64,000 nt of DNA from Octopus sinensis (GCF_006345805.1 NC_043004.1:10354001-10418000); one strand, 5' to 3'. Shown: positions 49,908 to 64,000, numbered from the stretch's first letter. Numbers and translations: made by a program. Notes: generated by a model from the sequence alone, not told the origin.

Positions 49908-50559
49908 CACATATAAATACTGGGAGCTTGGGTATAACGACGGATAAAATTTACAACATTATATATACAAGATGGTGGAAAGTTACTACGAAACAAAATG
50001 ACCGTTCTATACAATGTCTCATAAGATTTTGCCACACACCCTACCGCATCCCAATTTTCAATCATTTCAGTCAATTTCTGCATGGAAGACAAATATGAAT
50101 CAGTCAATAACACTCTGAAATTGTTACCTTCGGTTAGATATTTATTATGAGATGCCAAATTTTCGTCGCACTAACTGCGGCCTCGTCAATGCCACAGTTC
50201 CATTGCAACTCAATGGCTAACGTATGTCTTCCACACTGGAATCTGTTTAGTTTCAACACTCGGTCACAGGTTAAATTATTTTCAAGACAAATACGCCTCT
50301 AAAACTCAACATGTTTTGTGGTGTCTCTTGACTCAAATTATTCATTAAGATACTAACTTTAGTACTTCATCACAGGTAATATTTTAATGAATTGAAATTT
50401 TTGGGATCACTACATTAGCAATATTATAAATTGACGGTTTCTTTTTCTCCCACAGCAGGGATCTTTGGTTATATTTCGTGAGTCATTCTTTTATCACTGA
50501 TTTTATTAAAGAAGGACATTCACCTTACAGTTTCTGTCTTTATTTTTTCATCATTTAGT

Positions 50560-50930
50560 TGTATCTTTCATTAGATTGCTTCCATGATGGAGCACCGCCT
50601 TGAAAATTTTTACTCGATCGAATCGACATCCCTACAATGCCCAGTACTTATTTTGTTAAAGCCTGTGTCCTTTGCTGGACCGCTAAGTTACGGAGACATA
50701 AATACACTAATACCAGTTGTTAATCAGTGGTGGAGGACAAGCAAAGACACGAAGACACACATACATACACGCTCTCTCTCTCTCTCTCTCACACATACAC
50801 ACATGATGGGCTACTTTCAGTTTTCGTCTAACAAATTCACTCACAAGGCTTTGGTCGATCTGAGGCTATAATACAAAACACTTGCCCAATGTGCCACGCA
50901 GTGGAACTAAGTCTGGAACCATGCTTCAGC
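50560..50930 (-). mobile_element. diverged SINE family A-related copy
   Basis: GGAGCACCGCC…CCAGTACTT…CACTCACAAGGCTTTGG…GCCACGCAGTGG. Confidence 0.75.
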
Positions 50931-51276
50931 GTCTCGCACTCATACTCTCTCTCTCTCTCTCTCTCTCTTTGGATTATTGTGTATTAAAGCAGCATTCTGT
51001 TCGATAATACTCTTCTCGAGAACTAGTTTTAACTGACGTCAAAAAGGATAGAAGCAACATTATCAACCAGTCCAGTCAATAACACCGAACTTATGACGAA
51101 CTTATGATCAACGACTTCTGACAGGAAGCAGTACAGGACTTCATCAGTGAAAACTTCATCAACATCTGTAAAATAAGACAATGAATGGCTTTGTTTATCG
51201 CGAATAGCTAGCCATCTAGTGTTTTTACATATAAACGCATATAAATACACACACATACACACATGCGCACGTGTGA

Positions 51277-51316
<40 letters not shown>

Positions 51317-51476
51317 ATTTATAAAATGTATGTATGTTCAGTGTATTTGCGGATGGATATCTCTAGCTGTGTGCATATGTGTAAGCGTGTGTATATCATA
51401 CGGCAGTAATTACTGCATCACCACCCGCAACAACACCAGCAGCAATAACAGCAGTATCAGCAGCAGCAGCAGCAAC

Positions 51477-51543
<67 letters not shown>

Positions 51544-53381
51544 ACACTAGCTATGCCGACGCATCGGAAGAAGCCATATCAACGAAGTGAGACAGCATGC
51601 TTTGATTACCGGAAAAAGGAAGAACGCAATAAACGGCCACAAACTGTGACACGTGATTTTCACCGTTCAGACGTCGATCGCTCTACTCACTTACAAACAC
51701 TGACTCATCTTCCATACAAATCCATGCCAAAAAGAAAAAGAAGAAGAATAAAGAATAGAAAAAAAAACTAATTAAAAACTAAAAAAAATTCTCCATCATA
51801 GCAATCACACAACTCTGGGCCACCTGCAATAATCATGACCTTGAACGACATCAACTAACATCATAAACAAAAACAGCTCTAAGAAAATGTAATAATGACA
51901 CGTAACTGTAATTGAGTCACCCAACACCTCCTATACACATCCACACTCCTTGACCTCTTATATACGTCTCCTTTCCTTTCATAGGAGCCAAGACCTATGT
52001 TGTGTGCGATAACGACAATGTAACGTGCTCCTTATATTCGCTTTTAATTTTTATTGCCTTTGGTTGCTTGATTTATTAACAGTCATTAATTTCAACGGCA
52101 ATTAGAGCCGCCATCATTTAAGTTAACCTGTTAAACGTTCCCAATAAATGAGATGAAACCTCGATAAATTTAAACGACACATATTCTGGTTACTTCATGC
52201 CTGGTCACTTGCTGTTTATTCACTGCTTCCATGTTGTCAGTGAGTTCAAATATTGATTTCTATCACAGGCACAAGACCTTAGACTTGAGAGAATCATATA
52301 CTATTTTATTCTTTCAGTGATGTATTGCTTACTGCCATTGAATATCTAGAAATAAATCATATTGAGCATTGTCTTAAAGTATTTTAATTTACTGGGTGGA
52401 CCTCGGGACATATTGTAGACTGGGACTCATTTTTAACGATCCTCTGTTCAATCGGTGCGTTGCTGGTTACAAAGGGATAGAGCACAGGCAAAACATCGGT
52501 TAACCGGTGCAAAGAAACACAAACCTAGACACAGATACACATATATAAATACGACGAAGTGGAAAACACAGCCCTAATATTTGACCGCGATTGATTTTAA
52601 CGATCTCAGAAGAATGAAATGGTAAGTCGATTCATGTGGGCTTTGAAGTAAAAAAAGATGTAACCAGATACTAGGAGGTATTCAGTACAACGTGCTAAAC
52701 ATGGTTTTCATTGACTGAAATTTAGATATTGAACTTTTAAATAGGTAAATAGGAAGAGGGAACAGATATGCAAAGCACTTCTTGGCTGATTCTTTATTTT
52801 ATCAGTCTCAGGAGGACGGAAAGTAAAAACCATCATCGGCGAGAATTGAACTCACAAATGTCAATTATCTACAATATTATGTACAACGTTTTGTTCGATA
52901 CCATTCGAGGTTTCCACTCCATCAGTCTTACTAAAATTAAGGATTAAATAATTTCATTGCAGAGATCTGACATAGAATTAAACTTGCTTTCTATCTCATT
53001 CTAATACCCGTGTTGTTCTCTTTCAGTAACCAAGCAAGAACTGTTATCCAGCTAGTTGAATGCAACAGTAGAAAGTTAGATGCATCGATAGATGACATAA
53101 TACGGGTCATCAACTCACCGAAGCTCGAGATTCAACAAGAAGCGTGTAATCTAACATATTCTCACCTGAGCAGTTTCTAGATTTATTGTTATATAATTTT
53201 AAGATCGGCGTTGTTGATTTTATGAGTTATAGAATTATTGCTAAAACCCTTAGCGGCTTACCACAGAATGCGCGATCAACACTCCAGTGGATTTAAGAAG
53301 GACATTGTTCCAAATCAAACATAAAGAAGTAAGAAGGAAATATGAAAAATACTCAATGAAAAATAAATCAAACTTGAACAT

Positions 53382-53547
53382 AGGCGCAGGAGTGGCTGTG
53401 TGGTAAGTAGCTTGCTTACCAACCACATGGTTCTGAGTTCAGTCCCACTGCGTGGCACCTTGGGCAAGTGTCTTCTATTATAGCCTCAGGTCGACCAAAG
53501 CCTTGTGAGTGGATTTGGTAGATGGAAACTGAAAGAAGCCCGTCGTA

Positions 53548-53615
<68 letters not shown>

Positions 53616-53835
53616 TGTTTGTGTATATATGTTTGTATGTCTGTGTTTGTCCCCCCAACATCGCTTGACAATCGATGCTGGTGTGTTTACGTCCCCGTAA
53701 CTTAGCGGTTCGGCAAAAAATACCGATAGAATAAGTACTAGGCTTACAAAGAATATGTCCTGGGGTCGATTTGCTCGACTAAAGGCGGTACTCCAGCATG
53801 GCCGCAGTCAAATGACTGAAACAAGTAAAATAGAG
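53382..53835 (+). mobile_element. SINE family A, full length
   Basis: Complete head, internal (TA)n(TG)n and tail. Confidence 0.92.
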
Positions 53836-54669
53836 TATAGCCGTGTTTTTAATACAATATTGAGAGAGCAGAAAAATCTGCTTCCCATTTGCACAAATAT
53901 ACACCCACACACATACGTAGATATTTACATATTTAAATACGGGGTTATCAATTTCTCGCTTTCTCTATATGGTACACATGTGTTCCTGTATAGTTATTTT
54001 TACGCATGTGTGTGTATTTCTGTTTGAAATTATCTTAATAGAGAAGTTCTATATACAGGAAAGAAAGGAAAGCTAGATAGACGAAGTACACACATACACA
54101 TACTCATACATACAAACACAATATATATTATCCGACCCTTTGTTGAGAATCAACCCCTCTCCCAACTGATACACGCCTCCTTGTGTAACAGTACAATACC
54201 ATCAATATACATCAGTATATATTTATATTTATTGTAGTCATTAAGTTGACTTTAATGAATCATGGAAAACCAAAGAGCAAAATGACACCGCCTCTTGGTA
54301 ACCCGAGATTGAAACTTGTCTCTCATGATTTACAACAGAGCCGTTTACGCTGTATAACAGTACATTGATATTGTCTGCGATAAGACATAGGATATTAACT
54401 CGTAAACAATGGCGGTGACTGACAGATTCATAAAATGGCATGCGTGTTCATATGTGAGTGTGTTTCTACGCGTATTTTGTATACATGTATTATTTCTATC
54501 TAACAATATACAATGAGACGCAGGCGTAGAGGTGTGGCAAGAAGTTCGCTTCTCATTCGCATAGTTCCGGGTTCAATCCTACGCCATAGTACCTTCGGTA
54601 ACTGTCTTCTACTGTAGCCCCGACCAATCAAAAAACATTGTTAGTGGATTTGATAAAAGAAAACTAAAA

Positions 54670-55070
54670 GAAACCTACGCGAGGTTTCAGAAAGTGTATG
54701 GAGAAGAGTGTATGAGTCCCACACAAGTGTACAAGTGGTTCAGACGTTTCCAAGATGGCCGAAAACGTCGATATTGACGAAAGTTCTGCGAGACCTGCAA
54801 CTAGCAGAACTGAGAAAAACGTCGCAGATGTGTGTGCAGCTGAGAGGGGAAATCGTCAAATCACCACCCGTGAGGAATCAAAGGACGTGCTGATTAGTTA
54901 CGTTTCTGTTCAGTCCATTATCAATGAAGATTAGAGTAGGAGACGCTAGGCTACCAAGTTTGTGCCAAAACCTATTTTTAGCTGACCAAAGGGACACTCG
55001 GGTGTCAGCTGTACACGATTTCCTTGGTAGTGTCGAGAACGATGAAAACTTTTTGAAAACTTTGCGTAGG
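54670..55070 (+). mobile_element. mariner transposase N-terminal fragment (decayed)
   Basis: KVYGEECMSPTQVYKWFRRFQDGR…RPATSRTEKNV…KFVPK…ENDENFLK. Confidence 0.8.
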
Positions 55071-55479
55071 TCTCTGAGCGGGTATTGCCAAACCTTTGCA
55101 AAATTTAATGCAGACTCTCTGCCCAACTTTCTCTGTCATGGTGAATGCGACGATCACACACTACACACTTTTCTTCCAAGCACTGCTATAAATAGCGGAA
55201 GTAAGCTAGAACGTTAAAACTTAGTGCGCATGCACAGCAGAGTTTAAGGTAAATTTGTACCAAGCGGTTTTACTCTGCGTGCTTTAGCTTCGTTACTATG
55301 GCAACAGTCCGGATACTTATTGATCAGACCTCTTATATACACATATATACATGTATATACACAGAATAAATAATACACACAGACTCACACTCACACATTC
55401 ACACATATTTGCATTGGTATAATCACAATATGAACTAACGTTACGAATAATTTCATGAAATAAATAAAAAAAATTATGG

Positions 55480-55636
55480 TAGCTGTGTGGTAAGTAGCTT
55501 GCTTATGAACTACATGGTTCCGGGTTCAGTCCCACTGCGTGGCATCTTGGGCAAATGTCTTCTACTATAGCCTCGGGCCGACCAAAGACTTGTGAGTGGA
55601 TTTGGTAGACGGAAACTGAAAGAAGCCTGTCGTATG

Positions 55637-55683
<47 letters not shown>

Positions 55684-55890
55684 TTGTGTGTCTGTGTTTG
55701 TCCCTCTAGCATTGCTTGACAACCGATGCTGGTGTGTTTACGTCCCAGTCACTTAGCGGTTCGGCAAAAAGAGACCGATAGAATAAGTACTGGGCTTACA
55801 AAGAATAAGTCCCGGGGTCGATTTGCTCGACTAAAGGCGGAGCTCGAGCATGGCCGCAGTCAAATGACTGAAACATGTAAAAGTAAAAGT
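55480..55890 (+). mobile_element. SINE family A, near full length
   Basis: Head, microsatellite and tail, followed by (AAAAGT)n. Confidence 0.9.
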
Positions 55891-56238
55891 AAAAGTAAGT
55901 AAACCATCAATGAGCTGGCAACAACTAACCAGGAAGCTTTGAGAAAGGACCCAAATCGAGCCATAGGGATAGAAACATTTTGGGGGAAGGAATATATATA
56001 TATATATAAGCAGCGTTACTTCATCCTTTTTGCATCATTCTTCAGGCAGGGAGAAAGGAGGATAAAGGAGCAAGAGTGTTCCCTAAATATTTCTTGGAGT
56101 CATCGTGACGATGTTCATATTAAGGCGTCTTCGTTTCCGAAATGACTACAGCATAAAATTATCAGGCCTTTCCTTAAGCAACTTTGATGACAATTATTCA
56201 AACTTGTGATTTCCGCAGATTTTTTAAGCGTTTTGTTT

Positions 56239-56471
56239 GCGCAATGGCCTAGTGGTTAGGGCAGCGGACTTGCGGTCGGAGGATCGCGGTTTCGATTCCC
56301 AGACCGGGCGTTGTGTGTGTTTATTGAGCGAAAAAAACACCTAAAAGCTCCACGAGGCTCCGGCAGGAGGTGGTGACCCCTGCTGTACTCTTTCACCACT
56401 CTAAAGGCGGTGCTCCAGCATGGCCGCAGTCAAATGACTGAAACAAGTACAAAAAAAAAAAAAAAAAAAAA
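56239..56471 (+). mobile_element. chimeric SINE: family C head fused to family A tail plus poly(A)
   Basis: 56239-56400 matches 1282-1441; 56402-56449 matches the family A terminus; A-run 56451-56471. Confidence 0.88.
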
Positions 56472-56824
56472 TATAGAACCGTTTTTAGCCCGGATATATT
56501 GTACATCAGGATCGAGGTGGCGTTTCTTCCTGAGAACTATGAATGAATTGCTGTTATAAATCCGAGTAATGGAAAACCATCTTATTATCCAGTCACTAAA
56601 CATAACAAGATTCAATAAGCTTCATTAGAAATGATACGGATAGACGGCAGGAGACCTTTGTCGGCAAATTCAACAACTGCATAAGTCCAGAATAAAAAGA
56701 TTACCTGGACATTCCCTGTTTGATAAGAATATGAAAAATTACAAATGGATTGAAGTTCATAAAATGTAAGATTTCCAAAAATAACGAGAAGAAAAAAAGA
56801 ATAGAAAAACACTAAGCTAACGTT

Positions 56825-57437
56825 TTTTTTCTACTCTAGGCACAAGACCAGCAATTTTGGGGGAGGGGGCCAGTCGATTAGATCGACCCCAGTACGCAAC
56901 TGGTATTTAATTTATCGATCCCGAAAGGATGAAAAAGCAAAGTCCACCTCGGAGCAATTTGAACTCAGAACGTAAAGACAGACGAAATAGTGCTAAGCAT
57001 TCCGCCCGGCGTGCTAACATTTTTTATTTCTTTATTGCCTACAAGGGGCTAACAATTGAGGGGACGAACAAGGACAGACAAAGGGATTAAGTCGATTACA
57101 TTGACTCCAGTGCGTAAGTGGTACTTACTTTATCGACCCCGAAAGGATGAAGGGCAAAGTCGACCTCGGCGGAATTTGAACTCAGAACGTAGCGGCAGAC
57201 GAAATACCTATTTCGTTACTGCCCACAAGGGGCTAAACACAGGAGACAAACAAGGACAGACAGACGGATTAAGCCGATTACATCGACTCCAGTGCGTAAC
57301 TGGTACTTACTTTATCGAGCTCGAAAAGATGAAAGGCAAAGTCGACCTCGGCGGAATTTGAACTCAGAACGTAGCGGCAGACGAAATACGGCTACGCATT
57401 TCGCCCGGCGTGCTAACGTTTCTGCCAGCTCGCCGCC
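56825..57437 (-). mobile_element. SINE family B nest: tail-B copy with a tail-A dimer inserted in or at its head
   Basis: Tail B at 56825; head broken at GTGCTAAC (57011-18); dimer junction at 57208/9. Confidence 0.88.
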
Positions 57438-58161
57438 TTAAAACTAACGTTTATTACATTATTCAACCATTATCTAACAAAGCCGAAAATATACGCGAAT
57501 TATTTAGGAACTATGACAGCAGATGGTTATTAAACAACATGAAGAATTCATGCAGAGAAATAAAATCCCAAATCCTGGATATAAATACATTAACGCTCAG
57601 ACCTATACTTAACTAGACATGTTAAGACAGACCATGATTTTGAATAAAAAACTAAAATTATATGATGTACCCTCCACATGTACCCTCCACATGTCTCTTT
57701 TGCGAAATCATTAGTAGACATATAAGTAAATCTGTTTAAGCATATACCCGTGCGTATATGCATTATATATAAACATTGGTGCATAGGCTAGTTATTCTAT
57801 CCGTGTTTATGTTTATGAGAATGTAGGTCTATATATTTATGTGTGTGCATATCTATAAAACAGTCTATATGCTTATAAATATGTATGCTTGCATTAATGA
57901 ATGTATGCATGTACTACTGTGCGTACGTTTGCGTAGAGAGGAGACCAGCATAATGGGTTCAGATGTGATACAACGTAATACGTGTATGTGTTTGAGTGTG
58001 GCTAGTAGATCGTGCGGTTATAACCGACTATACTGAATCCTTGCATACAATATATAATTTGCTTTTACATCATATAATTTAGTTTTTTTTAATTCAAAAT
58101 CATGGTCTGTCTAAAAATATTCAACCAGTTTATTTCAGACATCTTTTTAGTTTGTTATTCT

Positions 58162-58915
58162 TATTGCTTTATTGCCCACAAGGGGCTAAACACAGAGAGG
58201 ACAAACAAGGACAGACAAACGGATTAAGTCGAATATATCGACCCCAGTGCGTAACTGGTACTTATTTAATCGACCCCGAAAGGATGAAAGGCAAAGTCGA
58301 CTCGCAGAATTGAACTCAGAACAACGTAAACGCAAACGAATACCTATTTCATTACTGCCACAAGGGGCTAAACACAGAGAGGGACAACAAGGACGGACAA
58401 ACGGATTAAGTCGATTATATCGACCCCAGTGCGTAACTGGTACTTATTTAATCGACCCCGAAAGGATGAAAGGCAAAGTCGACCTCTGCGGAATTTGAAC
58501 TCAGAACGTAACGGCAGACGAAATAGCTATTTCTTTACTGCTCACAAGGGGCTAAACACAGAGAGGACAAACAAGGACAGACAAACAGATTAAGTCGATT
58601 ATATCGACCCCAGTGCGTAACTGGTACTTATTTAATCGACCGCGAAAGGATGAAAGGCAAAGTCGACCTCGGCAGAATTTGAACTCAGAACGTAACGGCA
58701 GACGAAATAGCTATTTCATTACTGCCCACAAGGGGATAAACACAGAGAGGACAAACGGATTAAGTCGATTATATCGACCCCAGTGTGTAACTGGTCCTTA
58801 ATTTATCGACCCCGAAAGGATGAAAGGCAAAGTCGACCTCGGCGGAATTTGAACTCAGAACGTAGCGGCAGACGAAATACGGCCAGCATGTTAACGTTTC
58901 TGCCAGCTCGGCGCC
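58162..58915 (-). mobile_element. SINE family B head-to-tail tetramer (one head, four body+tail A units)
   Basis: Junctions at 58344/5, 58527/8 and 58711/2; single head at ~58880-58915. Confidence 0.92.
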
Positions 58916-59545
58916 TTCTTAGTTTATTATTCTTATCGTCTAACGCTCAAGTTTCAAATCAAATTGAACGCAGTTAGTTTTACTTAAACTCAAATAGAAA
59001 TTTTGTTTGTCAACCAGATGACAATATTCGGTATTGGCTAGAATTCATTTCCACGTTTTAACCTACCCTATAATCAGTTCTGTCTCAGCTGAGAATGTCA
59101 CGCTGTACTTTCCATTGTACGCCTCCTTAAGGAAAAATATATATTTAGCATTCACGTTGAATGCGCTTGCTAGTTCTGAACACGAATGCTAAAATTCGAA
59201 ACTAGATTAATCCTATAAATTAGTCCCCAATAAATTAATATAAATTTCTTGCTCGTCAGTTGGTGATTATACAGCCCTTACAGGAAGTGACATACGCACG
59301 AGAGCACGTGTGCACGTGTGCAATTAACCAGATGTCCGAAATAAGATTTATTGTGGATATCTGGTTGATGACACATATACACATGTGCTCTCATACCTAT
59401 GAAATTCCGATTAAATGGTTGTATAAGGCACCAACAACTCTCACACGAATATGAACTCTATTTAATGCATTGTACGTTATAGTCTTTCAGTTGCCTCTCT
59501 CCATACACGCACTCACACAGACATGTATATACACGTATGAATGTA

Positions 59546-59592
<47 letters not shown>

Positions 59593-59713
59593 TATATATT
59601 CACAGAACCAAACAAACCACTGAGAGACAAACAGCAAGGAAGGTAGGCAGATGAAAACAGACAGATAGTTTAAACAAAGAAATGGGGACAGAACAGATAG
59701 AGAAAGATATATG

Positions 59714-59777
<64 letters not shown>

Positions 59778-59872
59778 TGTGTGTGTGTGTGTGTGTATAT
59801 TTATATATTATATATAATATATATATATATATATACATATATATGTAAGTATATATATATATATATATACAT

Positions 59873-59928
<56 letters not shown>

Positions 59929-60238
59929 CATACATACATATATATATATATGAATAAAGACAATAAACTGCCAGAAGGATATATATATATTAAAGAATGA
60001 AATTGGAGAACTAAGTAAAAAAAAAAAAAGAAAAAAAAAGACAATAAAATTAACATAAAAGAAAGAAAAAGTATTTATCGTAGAAGTAAAATGAGTGAAA
60101 GTAAGAGATAAATTTTGGTAAGAAGGACCGATAGAATGAAATATGATAAGTAATAGAAGGAGAAAGAATGAAAGCAATTACAGAAGAGAGAGAATGGTTA
60201 ACTAACTTATCCTAGAAGCGGTTATGTCTCGGGGGTTA

Positions 60239-60447
60239 TCAACAAAGGAAGGATGACACCAAAAATTCGGGTGGAGTGTAGTAGGGTTGATGAGGGAGCA
60301 GTTGGTTGATAATCAAAGATGTCTCCCACACCATCTGGCCATCAATCATGTAGGGCTTCTTGGTTGTCACACCTTTACAGGTTGAAGTAGACCTCACACC
60401 TTTCGTCACGGCAAAGTATTTCGTCCAATGTAGGAGGGAAAGCACAC
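60239..60447 (-). CDS. candidate coding exon of unknown product
   Basis: Non-repetitive, higher-GC island; TGCAG acceptor at 60448-49 after a pyrimidine-rich tract; open frame GVLSLLHWTKYF…PPEFLVSSFLC*. No homology recognised and no strong donor. Confidence 0.25.
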
Positions 60448-61409
60448 CTGCATGCAGTGGTGACAGTGGTGGTGGTGGAGGTGGAGGTGGTAGAGAGGAT
60501 ATATGCAAGGAAGGATAGAGAAAATAGATACTTACCGATGGATGTAGACAGAGATAAAGAGAGCGGGAAAGAGGGGATGATATATGAGAAGATAGAATAC
60601 AAACCGCTGTGCTATGGAAATATTTATTTTATTTTTGTCTCATGGACGAAATGACACAGACCCCTTCTCAAAAAATACATTCATATTCTTTTATTCTTTC
60701 TTATAAATTGTTTCAGTCATTGGAATGTAGCCAAGCTGGAGTACCCCTTTGTAGGATGCAGTCGATTACATGGCCCCTTCCCCAGTACTTATTTAACCAA
60801 CTGTGGAATAAATAATTGGCAGGATCATTAGAACGTGAAGCAAAATATCATGCGGTGTTGTTTCCTTCCGATTCTTTATATTCTTGGTTCGAATCAGATC
60901 GAGGACATATTTACCATTCATTCCCCGGTTGATTGAATAAAGTACCGGTCAAGTACTGAGAAGTTGTAATTTAATAGACTAATACTAGCTTCCATATCTA
61001 TTGAAGTATGGGACTACAGCTCTGACTTCCGATAGAATCTTCTTGCTGCTGCTTACACATAAAAGCCGACAAGGGAGAGCTCCAATGGCCACAGCTTTCT
61101 TGTGAACCGCCGCGACTCCAGATGTTGATATCTTAGAAAGAGATAATGGTATGACAATGATTTATAAATCTATAACTAAGAAGATATGTGACGCGTCTCA
61201 CCATGTCTTACTGAAAAAAAAAAAGAAAATACCAGCCCACAAAAAAACAAAACAGAAAAAAAACAACACTAGATTTAAAATTGGCGGAACGGGGTAAGAT
61301 TTGAACCCATATGTTAAATGGTAAACAAATGCTATAGGGTATTTTGTACGGCACATTGTAGCGTCCACCATCCACCTGCTACATTCGTGAGCAATAATTA
61401 ATTTTATAA

Positions 61410-61795
61410 AAGGCGGTGAGCTGGCATAATCGTTAGCACGCTGGGCGAAATGCTTAGCGGTATTTCGTCTGCGTTACGTTGTGAGTTCAAATTCCGCCGA
61501 GGTCGACTTTGCCTTTCATCCTTTCGGGGTCGATAAATTAAGTACCAGTTACGCACTGGGGTCGATGAAATCGACTTAATACCTATGTCTGTCCTTGTTT
61601 GTCCCCTCTGTGTTTAGCCCCTTGTAGGTAGTAAAGAAATAGGTATTTTGTCTGTCTTTACGTTCTGAGTTCAAATTCCGCCGATGTCGTCTTTGCCCTT
61701 CATCCTTTTGGGGTGGATTAAATAAGTACCAGTTACGCACTGTGGTCGATTGTCCCCTCTATATTTAGCCCCCGGTGGGCAGTAAAGAAATAAAG
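61410..61795 (+). mobile_element. SINE family B dimer
   Basis: TSD AATTAATTTTA at 61396-61406 and 61796-61806; junction at 61641/2. Confidence 0.88.
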
Positions 61796-62080
61796 AATTA
61801 ATTTTACATCGTTCTCTATTTAATAAACAACTGAGTGCATAGGATCGTTAATGTAATAAATAGACAAATAAAGAAATAAACTAATGTTGGTTTCTTTACG
61901 TCCATGTAACTTAGCAATTCGACCAAAAGACCGACAGAATAAGTACCGGGCTTTCAAAAACAAATTAAGTACTGTGGTCAATTTGTTTGACTAAATCCTT
62001 AAAGACATTGACCCAGTATGGCCGCAGCCCAATGACTGAAACTAACAAAAAGAAAGAAAGTGTTAAAAATCGAAAACACC

Positions 62081-62300
62081 TTCTTTTCTACTCTTGGCAC
62101 AATGCCTAAAAGGTTTGGGGAGAAGGGACCAGTCGATTTGACCGAATCCAATACACAACTGGTACTTAATTTATCGATTTCGAAAGCATGGAAAAAGCAA
62201 AGCCTACATCGGCGGAATTTGAACTCCCAACGTGGCGCCTGGTGAAATAACGCTAAGTACTTCGGCCGGTGTGCTAACGTTTCTGCCAGCTCGTCGCCTT
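62081..62300 (-). mobile_element. SINE family B (tail B), diverged
   Basis: Head, central domain and tail B in reverse orientation. Confidence 0.8.
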
Positions 62301-63144
62301 TTAAAATTGAAAGATCTCTAGCCTCATGAACAATATGTATTGGTATTTCTGTATCACGTGACACCATTAGAATGACAGTTTAAGACATTTTTCTCCTGTG
62401 GTTTTTTAAAAATATCCCTGTAGATCTAATCCAGAAAAATATTGAAGCTTATATTTAGTATTTCGATATTATTGTTCCATTTGTAAAGGTTATGGTAATA
62501 AATAACAACCTTTTACAGATAGAAAACGGCTATTTTTATCTTAAAGCTAACCACGATAGAAAGTATTGTCCTGTATTAATGGTTACTTGCCATTATTATC
62601 AAAAGAAAGGATGCTTCGCGAAATTAAGTAAATCAAAGTCTTTATAAAAGAAATTTAAAAAACAACAGCTTTACGCATGCATCTTCCATCTTAGCGATTA
62701 AAAAAAAAACTTCAAGAAGAGTATTAGCTTCCACTTCAGTTTCGATTAATGGAAAGTTCTTAGAAGCTTTTGTGGATTCATGCGGATTTCCTATGCCTAT
62801 AGACATGTATTTGTCCACATAAATTATATTAACACTCTTTTAAGATTATTAAAGCTCTACTTGATGAATATTTAATTGTTCTTGTCGGACTATTAACATT
62901 CTACATAGATTGAATTTTCAGTCGTTATAAAATTAATCATATTTAAATCATTAATACTTACAATTTCAAAAATTAAAACTTACATTTTTTTTTTTGCTTT
63001 ATATATTCTCATACACGCCCGCGCGCATACGAACACAAGCATGCGCACACACATAAATGTTCTTTGCTACATATTTACTTCCGTTTCTTTTTTTTTTTTT
63101 TTTCTTTGATTTCTACATAAGATTTATTTCTTGACCTTATGTCT

Positions 63145-63401
63145 CATATATCTTTTAATTGTCTCAGCCATTAGACTGCGTCCATGCTGGAACACCGTCT
63201 AGAATAATTTTTATCGAATCGACCTCTGTACTTGCTTTTTTTTTTAACTCTGGAACTTTTCTCTTGATCGCTTTTATCGAAGCGTTAAGTTACGGGGAAT
63301 GTAAACACACCAAACCGGTGCCAGTTGAGGCAGTGGTGGGTGACAAACAAACACACATTCATACACATAAACACAAACACAAACACACACACACACACAC
63401 A

Positions 63402-63432
<31 letters not shown>

Positions 63433-63590
63433 CGAGTTTCTTTCACTTTCCGTCAATCGAATCCACTCACAAAGATTTGGTTGACCCGAGGCTATAGAAG
63501 AAGACGCTTGCGCAGGGTTCGCTGTAGGGTTGAACCCGAAACATTGTGTTTGGGAGGCAAACTTCTTACCAGACAGCCCCGCCTGACATG
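63145..63590 (-). mobile_element. diverged SINE family A-related copy
   Basis: CCATGCTGGAACACCG…AATCCACTCACAAAG…GAGGCTATAGAAGAAGAC; internal (CA)n. Confidence 0.75.
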
Positions 63591-63637
63591 AAGAATTTTA
63601 CAAATAAATTATTGATTGACATTAACATTAATACTAC

Positions 63638-63827
63638 TGAGCTGGCAGAAGCGTTAATGCACCGGACAAAATGCTTAGTAGCATTTCGTCCGTCCGTATT
63701 TCCTGATTTCAAATTCTGCCGAGGTTAACTTTGCCTTTCATCCTTTCGGGCTCGCTAAATTAAGAACCTCTTTAGTCCTCCCACCTCAAATTTCAGGCCT
63801 TATGCTTTTAGTAGAAAAGATTATTAC

Positions 63828-63871
<44 letters not shown>

Positions 63872-63905
63872 TATTATTATTATTATTATTATTACTACTA
63901 CTACT
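63638..63905 (+). mobile_element. SINE family B (tail B) with long (ATT)n tail
   Basis: GAGCTGGCAGAA head remnant, central domain, AGGCCTTATGC…AGTAGAAAAGATTATT. Confidence 0.8.
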
Positions 63906-64000
63906 ACTTTTATTATTTGGGGGACCAGCTGCCAGTTTTCTTAGAACACCGGACAAAATGCCTAGCGGCACTTTGCCCGTCCTTACCCCACGGTTGACTT

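Noticed and set aside
53029-53180. Plus-strand acceptor followed by a 50-codon open frame (NQARTVIQLVEC…)
   Set aside because: No convincing donor, no homology recognised, and length is within chance expectation.
58162-58915. Regularly spaced ~180-bp repeats resembling a CRISPR array or satellite
   Set aside because: Units are SINE bodies without unique spacers; eukaryotic context and no cas genes.

Overview
AT-rich, microsatellite-dense eukaryotic DNA, most likely intergenic or large-intron sequence from an octopus (cephalopod). That call rests on the tRNA-derived SINE families and the repeat landscape, recognised from memory and not database-checked. No host gene can be called with confidence, and nearly all ORF-track entries are microsatellite or SINE read-through artefacts. 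Contents: one near full-length decayed Tx1/L1-clade LINE (~17770-24331) flanked on both sides by (TCTA)n; two further Tx1 3' fragments; R4/Dong-type RLE LINE remnants; several Tc1/mariner remnants (DD34D mariner and DD37D maT-like, one nested in the other); a Helitron-like non-autonomous element; TIR and fold-back elements; and dozens of SINE copies in four families, labelled A-D here by head sequence. Most interesting: (1) three hammerhead ribozyme folds, two with canonical cores (44333-44400 and 47954-48040, minus strand) and one variant (14716-14767); (2) SINE family B ends in a tail matching the Tx1 3' end, repeatedly inserts into its own body at one fixed site to build head-to-tail multimers, and in several clean insertions lands in front of GGT; (3) modular head/tail swapping between SINE families; (4) several long near-perfect hairpins. 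There is a 100-N assembly gap at 13567-13666.
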